Assembly: GCA_036744835.1 (NCBI GenBank) | Contig: DAIOHD010000001.1 | Location: 208,967 to 272,966 of the forward strand | DNA: 64,000 nucleotides | DNA from: Candidatus Magasanikiibacteriota bacterium | GTDB lineage: Bacteria; Patescibacteriota; Patescibacteriia; Magasanikbacterales; GWA2-37-8 | Direction of reading: 5' to 3' | Part shown: piece after piece, positions 63,347-64,000 of the stretch | Layout of the letters: every line of letters starts with the position of its first letter | How positions within the stretch are numbered: the first letter of the stretch is position 1 | Made by a program: the position numbers and the translations under genes | The notes under the pieces: model-generated | What the model saw: the letters and a program-made list of their open reading frames with translations, nothing else | Database searches by the model: none | Told to the model about the DNA's origin: nothing

Positions 63347-64000
63347 ATGTCTTTTTTGTCAAAAATATTCGGTGATCCAAATGCTAAAGTTGTTAAAGAA
63401 ATAATGCCGATAATTGAAAAAATAAATTCCCTGGAAAACGATATGCAAAACCTAACATTGGAAGGTTTGCGTGCTAAAACCCAAGAATTTAAGAGTCGTC
63501 TTAAATCCGGAGAAATATTAGAAGATATTTTGCCGGAAGCTTTTGCTGTGGTAAGAGAAACGTCAAAGCGCATTACAGGTATGCGTCATTATGACGTTCA
63601 ACTTATTGGCGGTGTTGTACTTCATCGTGGTCAAATAGCGGAAATGCACACCGGGGAAGGTAAAACCTTGGTAGCAACTTTGGCGGTTTATTTAAATGCT
63701 TTAACCGGAAAAGGTGTTCATGTGGTTACTGTTAATGATTACTTGGCTAAACGTGATGCTGTTTGGATGGGGCAAATTTATGATGCACTTGGACTTAGTG
63801 TTGGTGTGATTCAAAATATGTTAGTTTCTTTTAAATTTTATAAACATGAAATTGAGGTTAAAGAAGAAAATGAAATTTTGGATGATAATATAAACAAAGA
63901 AGATACCGCTGTTTATAAGGTGAAAACAGAATATTTGGTTTCTTGTAAGAGAAAAGAAGTTTATGATTGTGATATAGTTTATGGAACTAACAATGAATTT
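63347..64000 (+). CDS. secA: Preprotein translocase SecA, 3'-partial (runs off window end)
   Basis: [12 protein letters not shown]...[15 protein letters not shown]...[20 protein letters not shown]...[14 protein letters not shown]; open to the window edge in frame. Confidence 0.85.
   Translation, partial: MSFLSKIFGDPNAKVVKEIMPIIEKINSLENDMQNLTLEGLRAKTQEFKSRLKSGEILEDILPEAFAVVRETSKRITGMRHYDVQLIGGVVLHRGQIAEMHTGEGKTLVATLAVYLNALTGKGVHVVTVNDYLAKRDAVWMGQIYDALGLSVGVIQNMLVSFKFYKHEIEVKEENEILDDNINKEDTAVYKVKTEYLVSCKRKEVYDCDIVYGTNNEF

Overview
The window is AT-rich, compact DNA with the character of a small-genome Patescibacteria/CPR-like bacterium. That lineage call is an inference from gene content and composition, not from a search.

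Most of it is tightly packed housekeeping genes:
- ribosomal proteins L10-L7/L12, L9, and the short L28 and L33 that the ORF track missed
- a purH-purB-purC/E purine cluster, glyA, folD, ndk, pyrG, tpiA, frr, glyS, era, rnhA, mreB, murA, ctpA and the secA start
- five tRNAs: Val; Tyr-Thr-Thr; then L33; then Trp

The accessory content is concentrated in four places:
1. A divergent gene pair encoding a bona fide Elp3 homologue (radical-SAM plus GNAT) and a Trm9-like class I methyltransferase. This is the best candidate for a previously undescribed system: a eukaryote/archaeal-type mcm5U34 tRNA wobble-modification module in a bacterium.
2. An animal-PAICS-like PurC-PurE fusion with no purK.
3. 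A cell-surface island: an ECF sigma/anti-sigma pair followed by a 1211-aa S/T-rich surface protein and a 1050-aa secreted protein with a zinc phospholipase-C/P1-nuclease-type N-terminal domain.
4. A glycosyltransferase cluster next to mreB (GT2 with QxxRW, a DUF4012-like protein, three GT4s).

Beyond the genes, the window holds an unusual density of structured repeats:
- a five-copy MITE-like family whose arms are built from CTCAAA/TTTGAG heptamers
- a family of hairpins with 3-nt TNA loops (CGC-TNA-GCG cores), in three clusters
- a GC-rich array of polypyrimidine/polypurine hairpins between convergent genes
- partial duplications of tRNA-Val and tRNA-Trp 3' ends, each enclosing a short GC-rich structured segment

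Several near-consensus sigma-70 promoters (TTGACA-N16/17-TATAAT) and many intrinsic terminators are readable. There are no CRISPR arrays, rRNA genes, integrases or transposases. All calls come from reading the sequence and motif memory; no database searches were run.
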